Assembly (NCBI GenBank): GCA_023213395.1 | Contig: CM041465.1 | Span: forward strand, 76,515,741-76,579,740 | Length of the DNA stretch: 64,000 nt | From: Cycas panzhihuaensis | Lineage: Eukaryota > Plantae > Cycadophyta | Direction: 5' to 3' | Shown here: in pieces, positions 13,011 to 25,989 of the stretch | Layout: each line of letters opens with the position of its first letter | Position numbering within the stretch: position 1 is the stretch's first letter | Notes under the pieces: generated by a model | Database searches by the model: none | What the model saw: the letters and a program-made list of their open reading frames with translations, nothing else | Told to the model about the DNA's origin: nothing | Translations under genes and position numbers: made by a program

Positions 13011-13511
13011 GTAGAAACCTGACTTGAAAGATGAGTGGGAAGCAATTAATGCTACAGAGAGAGCAAAAGGAAAAGCTCAACTGAGGGAAAAGAAATGGCA
13101 TGAGAAATTGGAGCACATTGAGAAAGAGAAGCAAGCAAAATCAAGGAGCATTTTCAACTTCTTACACCCCCATAAGCGGCTGTACGATACAATTCACAAC
13201 TAATCATCATTGAAAACATGATTGTGGCTCTTACAATGCTCGATGATAGATATTACTCAACCATGGATCCCTACACAAAGGTAGATGACAATCAAATCTT
13301 CATACAATAGGTATGATTTTTTTTCATAAATTTGTAAGTTAGGGTTTTACCAAACCTTAATTCTCCAAGCACAAACAAACATATAGGACAAAAAAATAGC
13401 AACATAACCTGTTATAATAACAAATTACCGAACGATAATACCTCCTAATTAATCAACAGTATGCAGAAATGGATTCGCTTTATAGGACCACACTATCTTG
13501 CTTTAATACCA

Positions 13512-13875
13512 TGTTGAAATATACAAAGAGATTATCTAATATACAAGAACCATAAAGCAAATAACATGAACATAATATGATAATATTAACTCATAATGAA
13601 AGAGATTACCTCACAATGTCTCCATACTAACAATACTATCATAATGGACTCCAACTTTACTCGATATCCTCTATTCTACCTAACCACTTATTTATACATC
13701 ATAGGTGGGAGAGAGTAGTATGACTTGTGTTGCATGTGAGATAAATGTCCTCCAATACAACCAACTACATAACACCTATTTATTGACCAATAGCCTAATG
13801 ACCACTTAATTGCATATGTGTGCATTACCCCTAAATACATTGGGACACATACACATTAAACATTATCCTCTAATA
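13512..13875 (-). repeat. 5' LTR of element C
   Basis: Close match to 9694-10053; begins tgttg, directly abutting the PBS. Confidence 0.93.
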
Positions 13876-15825
13876 TTGGAGTCACTGTATCCAACCAATT
13901 TTATTGCATCATTTTTAGCATAAATAAGTTCAAGACCAGAAGTGCCTTTTAGACACTTAAGTACTCCTTTTGCTCCTCTTCAATGTGATATTTTAGGATC
14001 TTGCATGTATTTGAAGATTACACCTACAAAATATGAGATATTTAGTCTAGTGGCAATAAGATAAATTAGACTACCAACTAGTTATCTATAAAAAATTGCA
14101 TTGACTAGAGTGACTTCTATATCTTGAGTTAGAATACATCTTGTTTCCATTAGTGTTGCGCAGTTGTTGCAATCTTCCATCTTGAATTTTTTTAGAAGAT
14201 TCTTTGTATACTTGATTTGTGAAATGGTGATTGAATCCTCCTTTTGTTTTACTTTTATACTAATATGATAACTCAGAAGGCCTAAATCAGTCATTTCAAA
14301 TCCCTTTTCTAGTTAAGCTTTTATGACTGTAATGGACTCTATATCACTTCCTATAAGATTCATGTCATTTACATAAACAACAATTATGATAATCAATCCT
14401 TTGTTGATATTTGGTGTGAAGTGTCTAACTGTGACCCTTGAAGGAACGTTGTCCTTGTCCTCGAGTTCCTAAGCTGAGTTTAGACAAGAATGCTTCTTCA
14501 ATTTCTAATTCTTCCTCATATCTTTTATTGTTTTGTTCCAATCTTAGCAGAAGACCAGTCAAAGTTTCAAGAGTCATTGTTACAATTTGATTGTTATTGG
14601 TTATCATATTTACCATATTATCGAATGGATTTGGAAGCTTGTTGACAATCATTTGTACAAGTTTTAATTTTGGAAGATTTGTTCCATCATTAACCAAATC
14701 ATTTTTCATGGATGTAATTTTATGAACAAATTTAGAAACACTCTTTTTCTTTCATATGTAGTTTATACAGTTCTTCTTTTAATGCTACTATTTTGGCTTC
14801 ATTCTTCTGACTATAAAGATTTGCATACACCTTCTAGATTTCTTTAGAGGAGTTCATACCTTCAACACATAATAATAAGGAGTCTAAAATTGACAACTTT
14901 AATGTTATTACACTAGAATTATTCCCATCATACTAAATGGGTTGGTCAATAGCATTAATCGACTTTTTCTCTTTCCTAGTAGCTATATCCTAAGCATTTT
15001 TTGCTCTTAGAAGACACTCAATTTTAATCTTCCAAACATGATAATTCAACGTAGAAAGTTTATCTTGTTCACTCAAAACTAGAACAAAGGAGGCCATCTT
15101 AAAAAAAGAAATAGACAGATGTTAACAAAATAGGCTTCAAGTCCTGAGACTGACTGACTATATGGCTATATAGAAATTTGTACGAACGTGCAGGTGTATG
15201 GACTGGGATGAAACTGGGTGCAAATAAAAGGTCTCAAAACATAGATTTTGAATATGTAAAAAATTTTGGATCTTTTCTAGTTTTCTCAAAATTTGGTTCA
15301 AAAGCAGAGATGTGCGACTAGGATTTTTTTGAGAAAAACTCTTATAAATTAATGAGTCTTTTGTTAAACTCTTTGAAATTGCATGCAAAATGTTTGTAAT
15401 AGTCAGAGGAAGATATTCATATAGGTTTTAGTTGGATTATTGAGCAAATCGAAAGAAATCTATAAATATATCCTGAAACCTGTGTGCAACTGAAAATCGA
15501 GCAAAACACTATGAAAATGACCAAATTTTGAGTTGAATCTTTGGAAAGAAATGTACTCCTCAAAATAATCCTGTTGGTCAAATTTTGGAAAAATCTAGGC
15601 ACTTTGAAAAATTAAAAATTTCAAGCCTATACAAAACCATATAGTTCTATATTGTAGTTCGTACACATTCGTACTATTTGTACTATGCAGAAGAAAAAAT
15701 ATTTTTTCTTCAATGTCTTCTACCTTCTTCAATATCTTCTTTGAGACTCATGAAAAATAGTGATCACAAGAGTTTTTTTGGTCGTATCTCGAAAAACCCT
15801 ATCAGAACTCCTACTCTAATACCAT

Positions 15826-16027
15826 TGAATGAACATTCGTAGAATGAGAATGGTTCATTGATTATTTTAGAGATGACCTCTTAATAAGTACAAAGAGATT
15901 TAGTATCCACTTACTACATGTAAGCCATTTGTCATCTTTACAACAAAGAGGGACTACCACATAACCCTCATTAATAACTATACAATATAATGTACATTAA
16001 TATTTTAGATACAATATTATTCTAATA
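15826..16027 (-). repeat. 5' LTR of element B
   Basis: Aligns with 9043-9245; adjacent to the PBS. Confidence 0.9.
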
Positions 16028-16591
16028 GACAAGGCACCAATAGAGGAGAGGAGAAACCTTGATTGAGAAGAAACAATAAGTTTAGAGAGCATGAACAACA
16101 TTAAGGAGAAGGAAAGGAAGTTTTTAAGGCACAATTAGAGATTATTTTAATAGAAAGTTCTTTAACACCTCTCTAGAACTAGGAGGTAATACATTTCTAA
16201 TAACGACACCGCTAGTTATGTAAATATAAGAAGTAGACACTACAATATATTTCAAAACTTCACTAAATAATCCCTTGTTTAAGGTCCATAGAGAATGTGA
16301 ACCAATATTGGAAGCAAGTGCACTAATTGGGAGAACACCCATAGTTACTATGCCTATTTTGAATACACAAGGCATGAATATGCTACCAAAGATGGCAAAT
16401 CCAATGCCATCGATAATTTACTAAAATGACAATGCCTTGAACCACCTAATGTTTAACTATGCCATAGAAGTGGCATGGCACGTCTATCTTTTTAAGAACA
16501 CGATGGTAGTTAGATAAATAAAAAAATGAAGATGATATAAAATGTCAATTCACATGCATGTTAAAGAAGTACGATTAATATGGGACAAAAA

Positions 16592-16857
16592 TGTTATGGT
16601 CTACAAGGACTAGTAGTATCACACACTAGGTTGAATAGACAAATATCTAATAAATAATAATAATAGAGTAAAATAATGAATACTACTATTGAAAGGATTT
16701 CCTCTTCAAGGCAAGGGCTCTTCTAGGTTCACTCCAACTTTTGAATGTCCACAAGTTAGCAATTGTTCCAAAGAAAATAACTTGATGCCTTAGACTTTGC
16801 CAAAGTCTCCTTTAAATACTTGGGAATGGGTCCCAAGGGGTATGCTAGTATGTAAGA
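16592..16857 (-). repeat. 3' LTR of element D
   Basis: Aligns with 22512-22786 (cttagactttgccaaagtctcctttaaatacttg exact). Confidence 0.88.
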
Positions 16858-16939
16858 AGTCCATCCAAAAAAAAAAAAAAAAAGCTAAAAGATGCTTTAC
16901 TGTCAAAGCATTAGAACTTGCAAGTTCCATTGGTATTAG

Positions 16940-17060
16940 TTGTAATCTTTGCAGATTACATCTTTAATATCTATATCATTCCATTTTGATAGGTATTCCT
17001 TGATTTGTCTATTTTGTAGTTACTTCGTCCAACTGTTGATGATGCTTTTAGGTTCCATAA
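16940..17060 (-). pseudogene. Chromodomain remnant at the end of element D integrase
   Basis: IINSWTK*LQNRQIKEYLSKWNDIDIKDVICKD resembles the EYLVKWKxxxxEDATWE chromodomain consensus. Confidence 0.7.
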
Positions 17061-20000
17061 TGAAGGATCATTCTTCGTCTAACTCTAATAGGGAGGTTTG
17101 AGTAATGATCTTGTCTCCAAATGTATTTTTTAAATAGGATATGTAAAAAACATTGTGTATTTTACCATTTGGTAGGTAGAGTTGGTGAGCCACTTCACTA
17201 ATTTTCCTTTGTACCTAAACTGGTCCATAGAACTTGGATTGGAGCTTATATTTCCTAGATTTTCTTATTGATGGCTTATTTATAGGGTTGCAGTCTTAAA
17301 AATACCCAATTACACATTGCAAATTATCTTTTAGAACAATGTAAATCCTATTGTTCTTTCATTCTATTTCTTGTAATATTTAGATTATCCTTGAGGCTGT
17401 GAAGAATGTCTTCCATTTTTTTCCATTTGCTCTTACTATTGAGGCCTTGAACTAAATAACAATGTGAATTAAAGATGATGGGGCATACCCATAGAGTAAT
17501 TTGAAAGGTGACATTTGTGCTGCTATGTGATATGTAGTATTATACCACTATTTTGCTAAACATAACCATTTGTGCTAGTGGGGCATTTTATTTTATTTGA
17601 AACATTCAAGGTATCCTTTCAAACATTTATTTTCAACTTCCATTTGACCATCTGTTTGAGGATGGTATGTAGTACTTATGGTTAATTTGGCCCCCACTAA
17701 GTTGAATGTTTCTTTCTAGAAATTGTTCATGAATTTTGTATCATGATCACTCATAATGACCTTTGGGAATTCATGTAGCTAGTGGATTTTTTTTAGAAGG
17801 ATGTCTACAGTTTGGTTAGCCTTAAAAGTTTTGATTGTTTTCCCTTGAAGTGCACATACTTTGTAACTCAATTGACTACCATCATTATTGCATTCTTGCC
17901 TTTTGAGTTAGGCGAGCTGATAATAAAATCAATGTATATTTCTTCTTCTTTTCTCTCAGGAATGTGCAATGACTGAAGGAGACTTGGGATTTTAATTGTC
18001 TCATACTTGTTCCTCAGGCAAGTATCACATTCTACCATGAATTGATAGACATATTTCTTTAACACCTTCTAAAGAAAAGATTATTTACTTCTTCTATAAG
18101 GTTTGTCTATCCCTACATGTCCAGTAATATGGGTGGAATGACATTCTTGTAGCATTATACTTTTAAATGTGGGTGTGGGTGTGGGTGTTGAATAGATTTG
18201 ATCGTTTTGTATTAGAGAGTGTTGTTTTCCCATTCAAATCTCTTATCTTGTGTTGGTGCATCATTTTATAATTGTTGAATAATCTCTTGGGTTTGTGGAT
18301 CCTTTGTATATTCTTATTGCATTTTGGTGATCCAAGCGGAAGCTATTACAGACATGGCACATAATGTGTGTCTTTGTCTTTTTGTTATAGCCCATCTATA
18401 ACAACATTCTCTTTACCCCTCTTATAAATTATTTCAAAATCAAAGTTTTGTAATTAGCTCACACACCTCTATTACTGTTCTTATAGAATTAGCTATTTCA
18501 GAAAATATTTAAGACTATTGTGATCTATTTTAGTTTGGAATTTGTTACAAATTAAATATTGCCACCATTTTTTAATTGTATAGATAATGGCTAATATATC
18601 ATTTTCATATATGTGTTGGGATTTCTCATTCACCTTGAATTTGTGACTCTCATATACAATGGGTCAATCATTATGCATTAGGATGACTCCCAATTCTTCT
18701 TCTGATATGTTACACCCCAAAACAGGAGGTTGTTTGGAGTTTAGCATAGTAAGAACATGTGAAGTCTTTATTTTATTTTTTGAGGTCATTGAATGGTTTA
18801 TTGATTTGATCATCCTATTTGAATACATCCCTTTTGGTTAGGTCCAAAAGGGGAGCAGTTGTATGACCATATCCCTTGATAAGTCTATTGTAAAAACCTA
18901 TTACCCCTTAAAATCCTTTCACTTTTGTTACATTTGCCAAAGTGGGGTAGTCCAACATTGTGTGAATTTTCCTTGGATCCATTTTGATCCCTTCCCTTGA
19001 GATGATGTGGCCTAGGTATTCCACCTCCCGTCTCTTAAAAGTGCCTTAGCTTTATTGGAAAAAAGAGCATTGTCTTAGAGGGTTTATGGTACTTGCTTGA
19101 CATGTAGTAGGTGCTCTTCCCAATATTTGTTGTAGATTAAGATATAATCAAAGAAAACCAACATAAATTTTTGAATATATAAGTGAAGCACCTTATTCAT
19201 GGCAGTTTGAAAGGTAGTAAGTGCATTTGTCAAACTAAAAGGCATAATTTTGGACTCATAGTTTCCTTCATAAGTGTGGAAAGCCACTTTTTCTATCTCT
19301 TGCACCATTATTCAGATTTGATAATATTTTGATCTCAAATCAATTTTTGTAAAGAATTGGGCACCATGTAACTTTTCTATGAGATTATTGATGTGTAGGA
19401 TCGAAAATTGATTTTTAATGGTAGTTTTATCTAGCAACATATAATCAACACACACTTTGAATGATCCATCTTTTTTGGGTACTAGGGTGACTAGTGCCAT
19501 GGAAAGGCTTTTGTTAGGTACAACTGCACCTTGCTTAAGTAGTTCATGTGTTAATTCTTTTTATGACCACCTTGTGATGGTGTGGGTATTAAAAGGGTCA
19601 CACATTAATTGGTGTTGTTCCTAATTCTACATTGCATGTGCTCTATCCCCTTTCTTGAGTTGATGCATTAGGAATTTCTTTGAAAACTCGAGTATTTTTG
19701 TAATAATGATCTCATATTTGGATGGTTATCCATGCTTTTTAGCAGTATAATTGCATAACAACTAATGGCACATGTCCAAGTTCAATCCTTCAATATTTTC
19801 TCCATGCAATGTGAAGATACCTCTTAACTAGGTGGCCTGGGTGGAGCTTGCAACATATATTTCTTACCCTTATTGTAGAATTTCATAAACAACTTATTAT
19901 AGTTCATTACAATTGGGCTCAAAGTCCTTAACCATTGCACTCTTAGTATGACATCAACTCCTACTATAATTGTAGACATTAATGATTATAGTGTATAATC

Positions 20001-22511
20001 AAACATTGACAAGGATACCTTTGGACTTAAACCACTGCATGGCATGGTCTTCCATCATATTATGGTCACCTAGAATTGCTTAAGTGGTGGAATATGAAGT
20101 TTGGCCTACTTAACTATCTATTAGTTAATTAAGTTATGTGTACTCATGTCATTGATTAGGAATATTACCCTAGTGTTTTTTATTGTTCCCTCAAGAAGTA
20201 AGGTCTAGGGTCATGTAAAGTCCCCTATCATGGTTTTTAGTGAGATTTCCATGCATGGGGTGTCTTATTCTTCCTCTAAAACTAGGTCTTCCATGATCTA
20301 TTTGTTGTTGTTGGTTGGATCAATTGTTTCCACTTCTACCATGGGTTGATCCTTCTCCAACATATATATTTTTTTGGATTGAATGTTTGGGAAGCATGAA
20401 TGGTTCTTACTTCATTTTTCTCTGCACTTGAAACATGTGCCTTGTTTAAAATGTTCCACTCTCAATGATAATTTTGCCTTTTAGGTAGGTCTTGGGACTT
20501 GTGATGCAAGTATTGCCCATAAGATGCCCCTGTACTTCTTGTTGTCCCTTGTTGGTTGTAACATCTTGAAATTTGTCCATACCTTGACTTCCATATTTTG
20601 AGTCTATACCATTATTTTCCTAAGATTAGTGGTCATTAAGGCTTTTAATTTAAATCAAATGCTTTCTTTTAAGCTTCCTAGATATATTTTCAACAAGAGA
20701 TTTTACTTTGTTTCATTATGTAATATGCTTTGCAAAGTCTAAAATTCTTTCATGTATTGTTGTACCAGCCCTAATTGTTACAACCTATGGAGCTTTGAGT
20801 AAAAGCCTTGGTCCCATGTATCTTCATAGCACTCATAAATTGCAAGTTTAAAGAAAACTTAGTTGAAATTTATCGTATTCTCATAGTCTTGGTACCACCA
20901 TGTGAATTGATATAATGTTCTATTTCTCAAATGCAAAGACCCAAAAAAATATTTTCCTTTTCAAAGTAGGATTGAATTTCAAAATATCTTACTACCTCTG
21001 TTAGCTATGCATGCACATCTTAATTCTTGTATAGAACAAAACATTATAAATGAATGTTCATGTTCTTAATAATTGAGCCTTATGTTCCTTGAGACTCCTT
21101 TGATCGATTTTCCTCCTTGAAAGTTTGATCTCCCCTTGACGAGCCTTCCTCTTTTTTTGGTTGATGGGATTTATCCACACTTTAAGCTAGTCTGAATATG
21201 TCTATTAAGAGTTCATTTATTGTATCTTTGTAGTCTCACGACTACCTATGCAGTTTGTTGAAGCTCCTTAATTTGTTTAAAATATTTGTCATATTTTTAA
21301 GCCATGTCTTTATGTGTGGGGGAAGTGTTGTGTTGTACAAGGTGGAGCAGTCTCTACTTTCTAGGTGTTAGATTTTGAATGGATCTCTAACATGGTCTAT
21401 TGTTGCCAAGCTCCCTTGTGAATTTTGATAAAATTGTATAGATCTCAAAAAAATACACAAGATAAAAAGAATAATTACTAAATTCAGATCTTGGGTGGTA
21501 AAGTTATGACCCGTTAATGGTCGCCCAAAAAAACTTGCAAAAGCTTGTTAAAACCTTCAAGGAATTTCAAGTATAAAAATTTGAGGCCAGTTAACTCCAA
21601 ATGGAGTCATGCATATATCCAAGTCTAAGCTCTTTGAGTGAAGATTCCAATGGAATTAATGGCATTGAATTTTTTGCAATTTAAAGTTATGGCAAATTTT
21701 GTGTAGGTAGGTGCTAAAATATAGCAATGGGCTAAAAAATGTGTTAGAGCCCTTTGGGAATGGCATCTGGTCATGTGTTGGTTTGTATATGACCATCTTT
21801 TGTGTAAAGGCAGACTTCAACTTTTATTTCAATCAATCTAAAATTTTTCCCACTTTAGAAAAAATAGTAATTTTCTAATCTATTTATACTTGGGTGAAAA
21901 TATGTCTCATAATTCTTCTAGAGACATGCACGGTTGTTTATTGATGGAAGCATCAAATGGGCATCACCCTAAGTTTGCCACTCCTCTGCATGATTATCCA
22001 CATGCCTTGGTAAATGGTAGCTTCAAATGGGCATTACCTTAAGCGTTGCCACTCCTCTACATAGTTATCCATGGCAACTCTAGACCTTGTCTCCTAATCT
22101 CAATTAGAGACTTCTCGCCTTTTGATACTAACTTACATGTAGCAGACCTAAACATGCACTCTTAGCAATGTGATGAAGTCTCCCTTATATAATACTTGTC
22201 TTTGCTTTCCCAATAGGCAGAACTCATCTGTGCTCTCCCTCACAAATGGACCTCCATACCAAACTAGATGCTTTCCCAATGGATGAACTTCACACACAAA
22301 ACTCAATGCTAGCACATGTAGTAGCTTGGCAAATGGATCCCATAGAGGGATGTTTAAATGCAAACACTGAAGAATCTTACCTCTAGTAGCTTGTTGTCAC
22401 ACACATAGTGCCAAACCCTAGACATCACCTTGCCCTTTGGAAAATTGCATGGGCATGCTTATATATTATATATATTCTCTTCGATTATCACAACCATGCT
22501 CTAATACCATT

Positions 22512-22786
22512 TGCTACAATTTGTGAGGACTAACGGCAGCACACACTAGATTGAACAAACAAATATTAATTAAATAATAATAATAATAATAATCAAGTAA
22601 AATAACAAATAATGCTATCAAAGAGCTTTCCTCTTCGATGGAAGAGCTCCTCCAGGTTTACTATAGCTTAGAAATGTCTGTGAATTAGCAATTTCTCTAG
22701 AGAAAATAACTAGATGACTTAGACTTTGCCAAAGTCTCCTTTAAATACTTGAGAGTGGGTCCTAAGAGGTAGGACAGTACGTAACA
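22512..22786 (-). repeat. 5' LTR of element D
   Basis: tgctac...gtaaca termini; adjacent to the PBS. Confidence 0.88.
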
Positions 22787-22791
22787 AAAAA

Positions 22792-24500
22792 TCTAGGTGC
22801 TGACTAAGAACAAGTGACACAAGAGCTTAATAGGGATTCTAGATATTCTACAACAATGAGGTGATTATATAGCCCCTTGGAGATGTTTGGTAGAGACCAA
22901 GGGAGTTGGCATTAGATTGTGAGAATCATATTACAATTGTTGCAAATAATATGACTAATGGAGAAAAAAATGTTTGACTACCTCATGCAAACCTACTTCA
23001 CAAATGGAATATTAGAGAAGTTATAAGATAGGTTGCAATAACACTTGATTGAGACCTTTAACGTAGAAAAAGGGATGGTGTTAAAGTTTGATAATAAATA
23101 AACAATAATGAAATAATAAGATAATATATTGAAAATGTTACGAGAAGATATTCAAGAATTGGGAGCAAAAAATGCATGCTATGCCATTGGGAAGAGAGAA
23201 GGGGATTTAGAAGTGGAAGCCTTGAAACAAGAAAACATCATGTTAAAATTAGATCTGGCTAGGGCTCAAAGGAAACTTGTGGAAATGAAAGAGAAGCTCA
23301 AACTTAGAAATAATTGAGGGCCAAAAGTAAAAAGTGATCATAAAGTAGGAAAGTGGTGATTTGTGAGGCCGCTACTTATAATCTTCAAGATTGCTATTAT
23401 AATGGACATTATAATAATACCTAGGGAAGAGATTAGGGAAGAGGTGATGAGAAAACCCATTCAACATAATTGATTAAGGTGGTATTCAACACACCAAAGA
23501 AGAAGGAATTGATAAGATGACGCATGTTTTGTCTTGAATTTAAACACTAGAGGACCCATCACTCATATGAGGAAGTAGGCAATGCCAATGCACACATGTT
23601 GCAAATGTGGGTTAGGAAAATGTGACTTAGAAAATTGCCCTATCCATGGAAAATCAGGTACCCTATTAATGATTGTGCCTAATCCACTAGTAGTCTCAAG
23701 TTTCATGAACTTCAATACGAGAAGTAGGTTAATGACTAGGCCGAGAAAAGGGGAATCTAACTATCTAGACCTTCATATCAAGATATATTGATTTGTAGTG
23801 GCAAAGATAGCCTTGTAGGATGTTGTTAGGGACCCAAAATCAAGTCACCTTACTTTACCAAAGTCATAGATTAAACTGGTTTACAAGAGAAGCGTATTTG
23901 TGAAATATAGTGAAGCAATAATGTCACTTAGGCTTTGTCAACAATGAGAGTAAACAGAGACATTAGAAGTGACAAATAGATTTACTATTATAATATCAAA
24001 TGATGATATCTTAAAGATCTTGAAATTATTGAAACATTTGGTTGAGTAATCATAATTGACAATAGAGACAGGAGCACTCTAATTATAGGATTCAAACATA
24101 GCAATACAAAGTGTAAAAAAAATCTTGTTATTGTACGATGAAGATCCTAAGGTAAACATGACAATGTTGGGAGAAATAATAGACCCAGTAAGCATAGATG
24201 GAGGCTCTGTGGTAAATGTAATGCCAATGCACATTTGGAAAAGATTGGGAAGCCTACGATTAACCTCAATAACTTATTCCCTTAAACTTGCAAACGAGAT
24301 ACAAGTTCAACCTCTGAGAATAGTTCCCAACTTGAAAGTCAATATTGTTGGAATCAAAAGGGCTATATCATACCTAGCTCTATTAGGTCACCATGGTTGT
24401 ATGATACGGATTGCTTCCAAAGCTAGAAACATAAAGCATTTACCTTTCTCCCGATGGGAGGATGGTGACATTGCCCATTATGGGCAATAAGAAAAACACC
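22792..24500 (+). pseudogene. Decayed gag and aspartic protease of an old + strand Gypsy-like host element (upstream part at ~16028-16591)
   Basis: Homology to 700-1750; zinc-knuckle remnants at 23350-23650; protease-like SIDGGSVVNVMP...LLG in ORF 24125..24490. No RT is recognisable downstream. Confidence 0.7.
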
Positions 24501-25250
24501 ATTGAGATTGTACCTGATGAAGGCTCAAGCACAACAATAGCTAGTAAAAAGATAGCCAATTCATTTGATGAAATAGTCACATATAGAGTTGTGGAGGAAA
24601 TTGCTACAATGAATAATCCATAAAAGCAAGAACCTAATTCTTACTGATAACTACAACCAAATTCAAACATTGAGAGAGGTGATATAACTGCATACTTGAC
24701 AAATTGGTTGTGAGAGGCATATGGGAAAAATAGACCTAGTACTAGTTGTTACAATATGTGAATTATTTATGGAATTAATCATAGTAACGGATTTCATAGT
24801 ACAAGTAAGCATCAAAACACAAAGGAATAGTTCCATGGAAATGAAAAAAAAAAAAGACTTAAGTGTAGCCAATTGTGGGAAACAAAATTGAATGCATGTT
24901 ATCAATCAAAATCCTACTAGTCATAGTAACAAATTGGTAGATAAGCCATGGGTTGATAATAGAGAATTGATAAAGCAAATTGCAACAAAAAAGAAGTGGA
25001 AAACATAAGGTCATATTAATTAAAATAAAGGGAATCTATTATGGCACTACAATGATAAATTTCAAATGCATTAGGGAAAGTTAAAGATGTGTTAGAAATG
25101 GTCCTACATGATTGGAGAGGTATACAAGGGTTGCTCCATTTAGTCAAAGGAAATTGGCAAGCCAACTACTACTTGAAATGGTCAAAGTCAATAGACTTGA
25201 ACCCTATCACAATTAGGGCAAGGTAATTTCTCAAAAACAACTAGTTTAAT

Positions 25251-25520
25251 GTACCATAACTTATTGCTTGAGTTAACAACAACCAAGGTTGTCTAGGTAT
25301 CAAGAGTCCTTGATTCTATTTTTAAGAGATTATCTTTCCCTCTCAGATGCATCGTAGTGTGTTTCTCAAGTTGAGCACAACTGAGGTTATCTAAGCACCA
25401 AGAGTCTTTGATTCCATTTTCGATAAATTATCTTGCCCTCCCAAGTGTGCCATAACCTGTTGCTTGAGTTGAGGCAAACCAAGGATGTCACTATATCAGG
25501 AATCCTAGATTCCATTCCTA
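25251..25520. repeat. Degenerate ~97-bp tandem repeat, ~2.7 copies
   Basis: Recurring ...aagagtccttgattctattt / aagagtctttgattccattt / aggaatcctagattccattc and attatctttccctc / attatcttgccctc at ~97-bp spacing. Confidence 0.75.
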
Positions 25521-25619
25521 ATATGTTATTGTTAAAAAAGAAGAACCCACAAAAATCAATCATCACTCCAATCACATAAATAAACAATGCATTGAGTAAA
25601 TAACTATTAGAGATAATGT

Positions 25620-25989
25620 TTAATTCATATAATTGGTTATTATTAATGCCTATCTTTCTCAAGTATTATTGAATATTGTATTGTAAGCATCATTAATACT
25701 TATGCACATATGCCCACATACTCATGTGAAAGTCCATTGGATGGCTTGTAGGTTCTCATATCTAATTGGTTGGACAAGAGGTAAAATTGTACTATAAATA
25801 TGTACACATATCTAATATAAAAATTTGAAGGGTGTTTATTTTTCCACTAAACATTATTTCCTTAATTGTATACATATTTCATTTTTATTGTGGTTGATGT
25901 TTAAGTTATATTTTACCTCATTTATGCTTATATTTTATCTATAATGAATTTTGAACATGCAATTTAAATATCTAATATGGTATTAGAGC
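25620..25989 (+). mobile_element. Orphan 5' LTR end plus tRNA-Met PBS of a truncated LTR element
   Basis: AT-rich LTR-like tract ending ...tatctaata, followed directly by tggtattagagc (25978-25989). No partner LTR in the window; the start is approximate. Confidence 0.55.

Larger units (their letters stand above)
9694..13875 (-). mobile_element. Element C: non-autonomous, gag-only Copia-like LTR element carrying captured host-gene fragments
   Basis: LTRs at 9694-10053 and 13512-13875. PBS gctttaatacca at 13500-13511. Flanks tcaga/ttgga. Inserted into the GYSDSDW motif of element B. Only gag is recognisable; no PR, INT, RT or RH motifs. Confidence 0.9.
9043..16027 (-). mobile_element. Element B: internally deleted Ty1/Copia LTR retrotransposon, interrupted by element C
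   Basis: LTRs at 9043-9245 and 15826-16027. PBS actctaatacca at ~15813-15824. Gag ~15100-14425 is joined directly to the second half of RT (VYVNDM, FEMTDLGLLSY) at ~14400-13880. RNase H (TKHIEVHHHFIRE, QVAESxPN) at ~9280-9690. Possible degenerate TSD aataa/gacaa. Confidence 0.9.
16592..22786 (-). mobile_element. Element D: full-length decayed Ty3/Gypsy chromovirus
   Basis: LTRs at 16592-16857 and 22512-22786. TSD AAAAA at 16587-16591 and 22787-22791. PBS gctctaatacca at 22498-22509. PR remnant (STHNLI, ~20140), RT (VPKKDGSFKVCVDY, FTKIDLRSKYYQI, FFDYIL), RH, INT ([10 protein letters not shown]) and a chromodomain. Confidence 0.92.
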
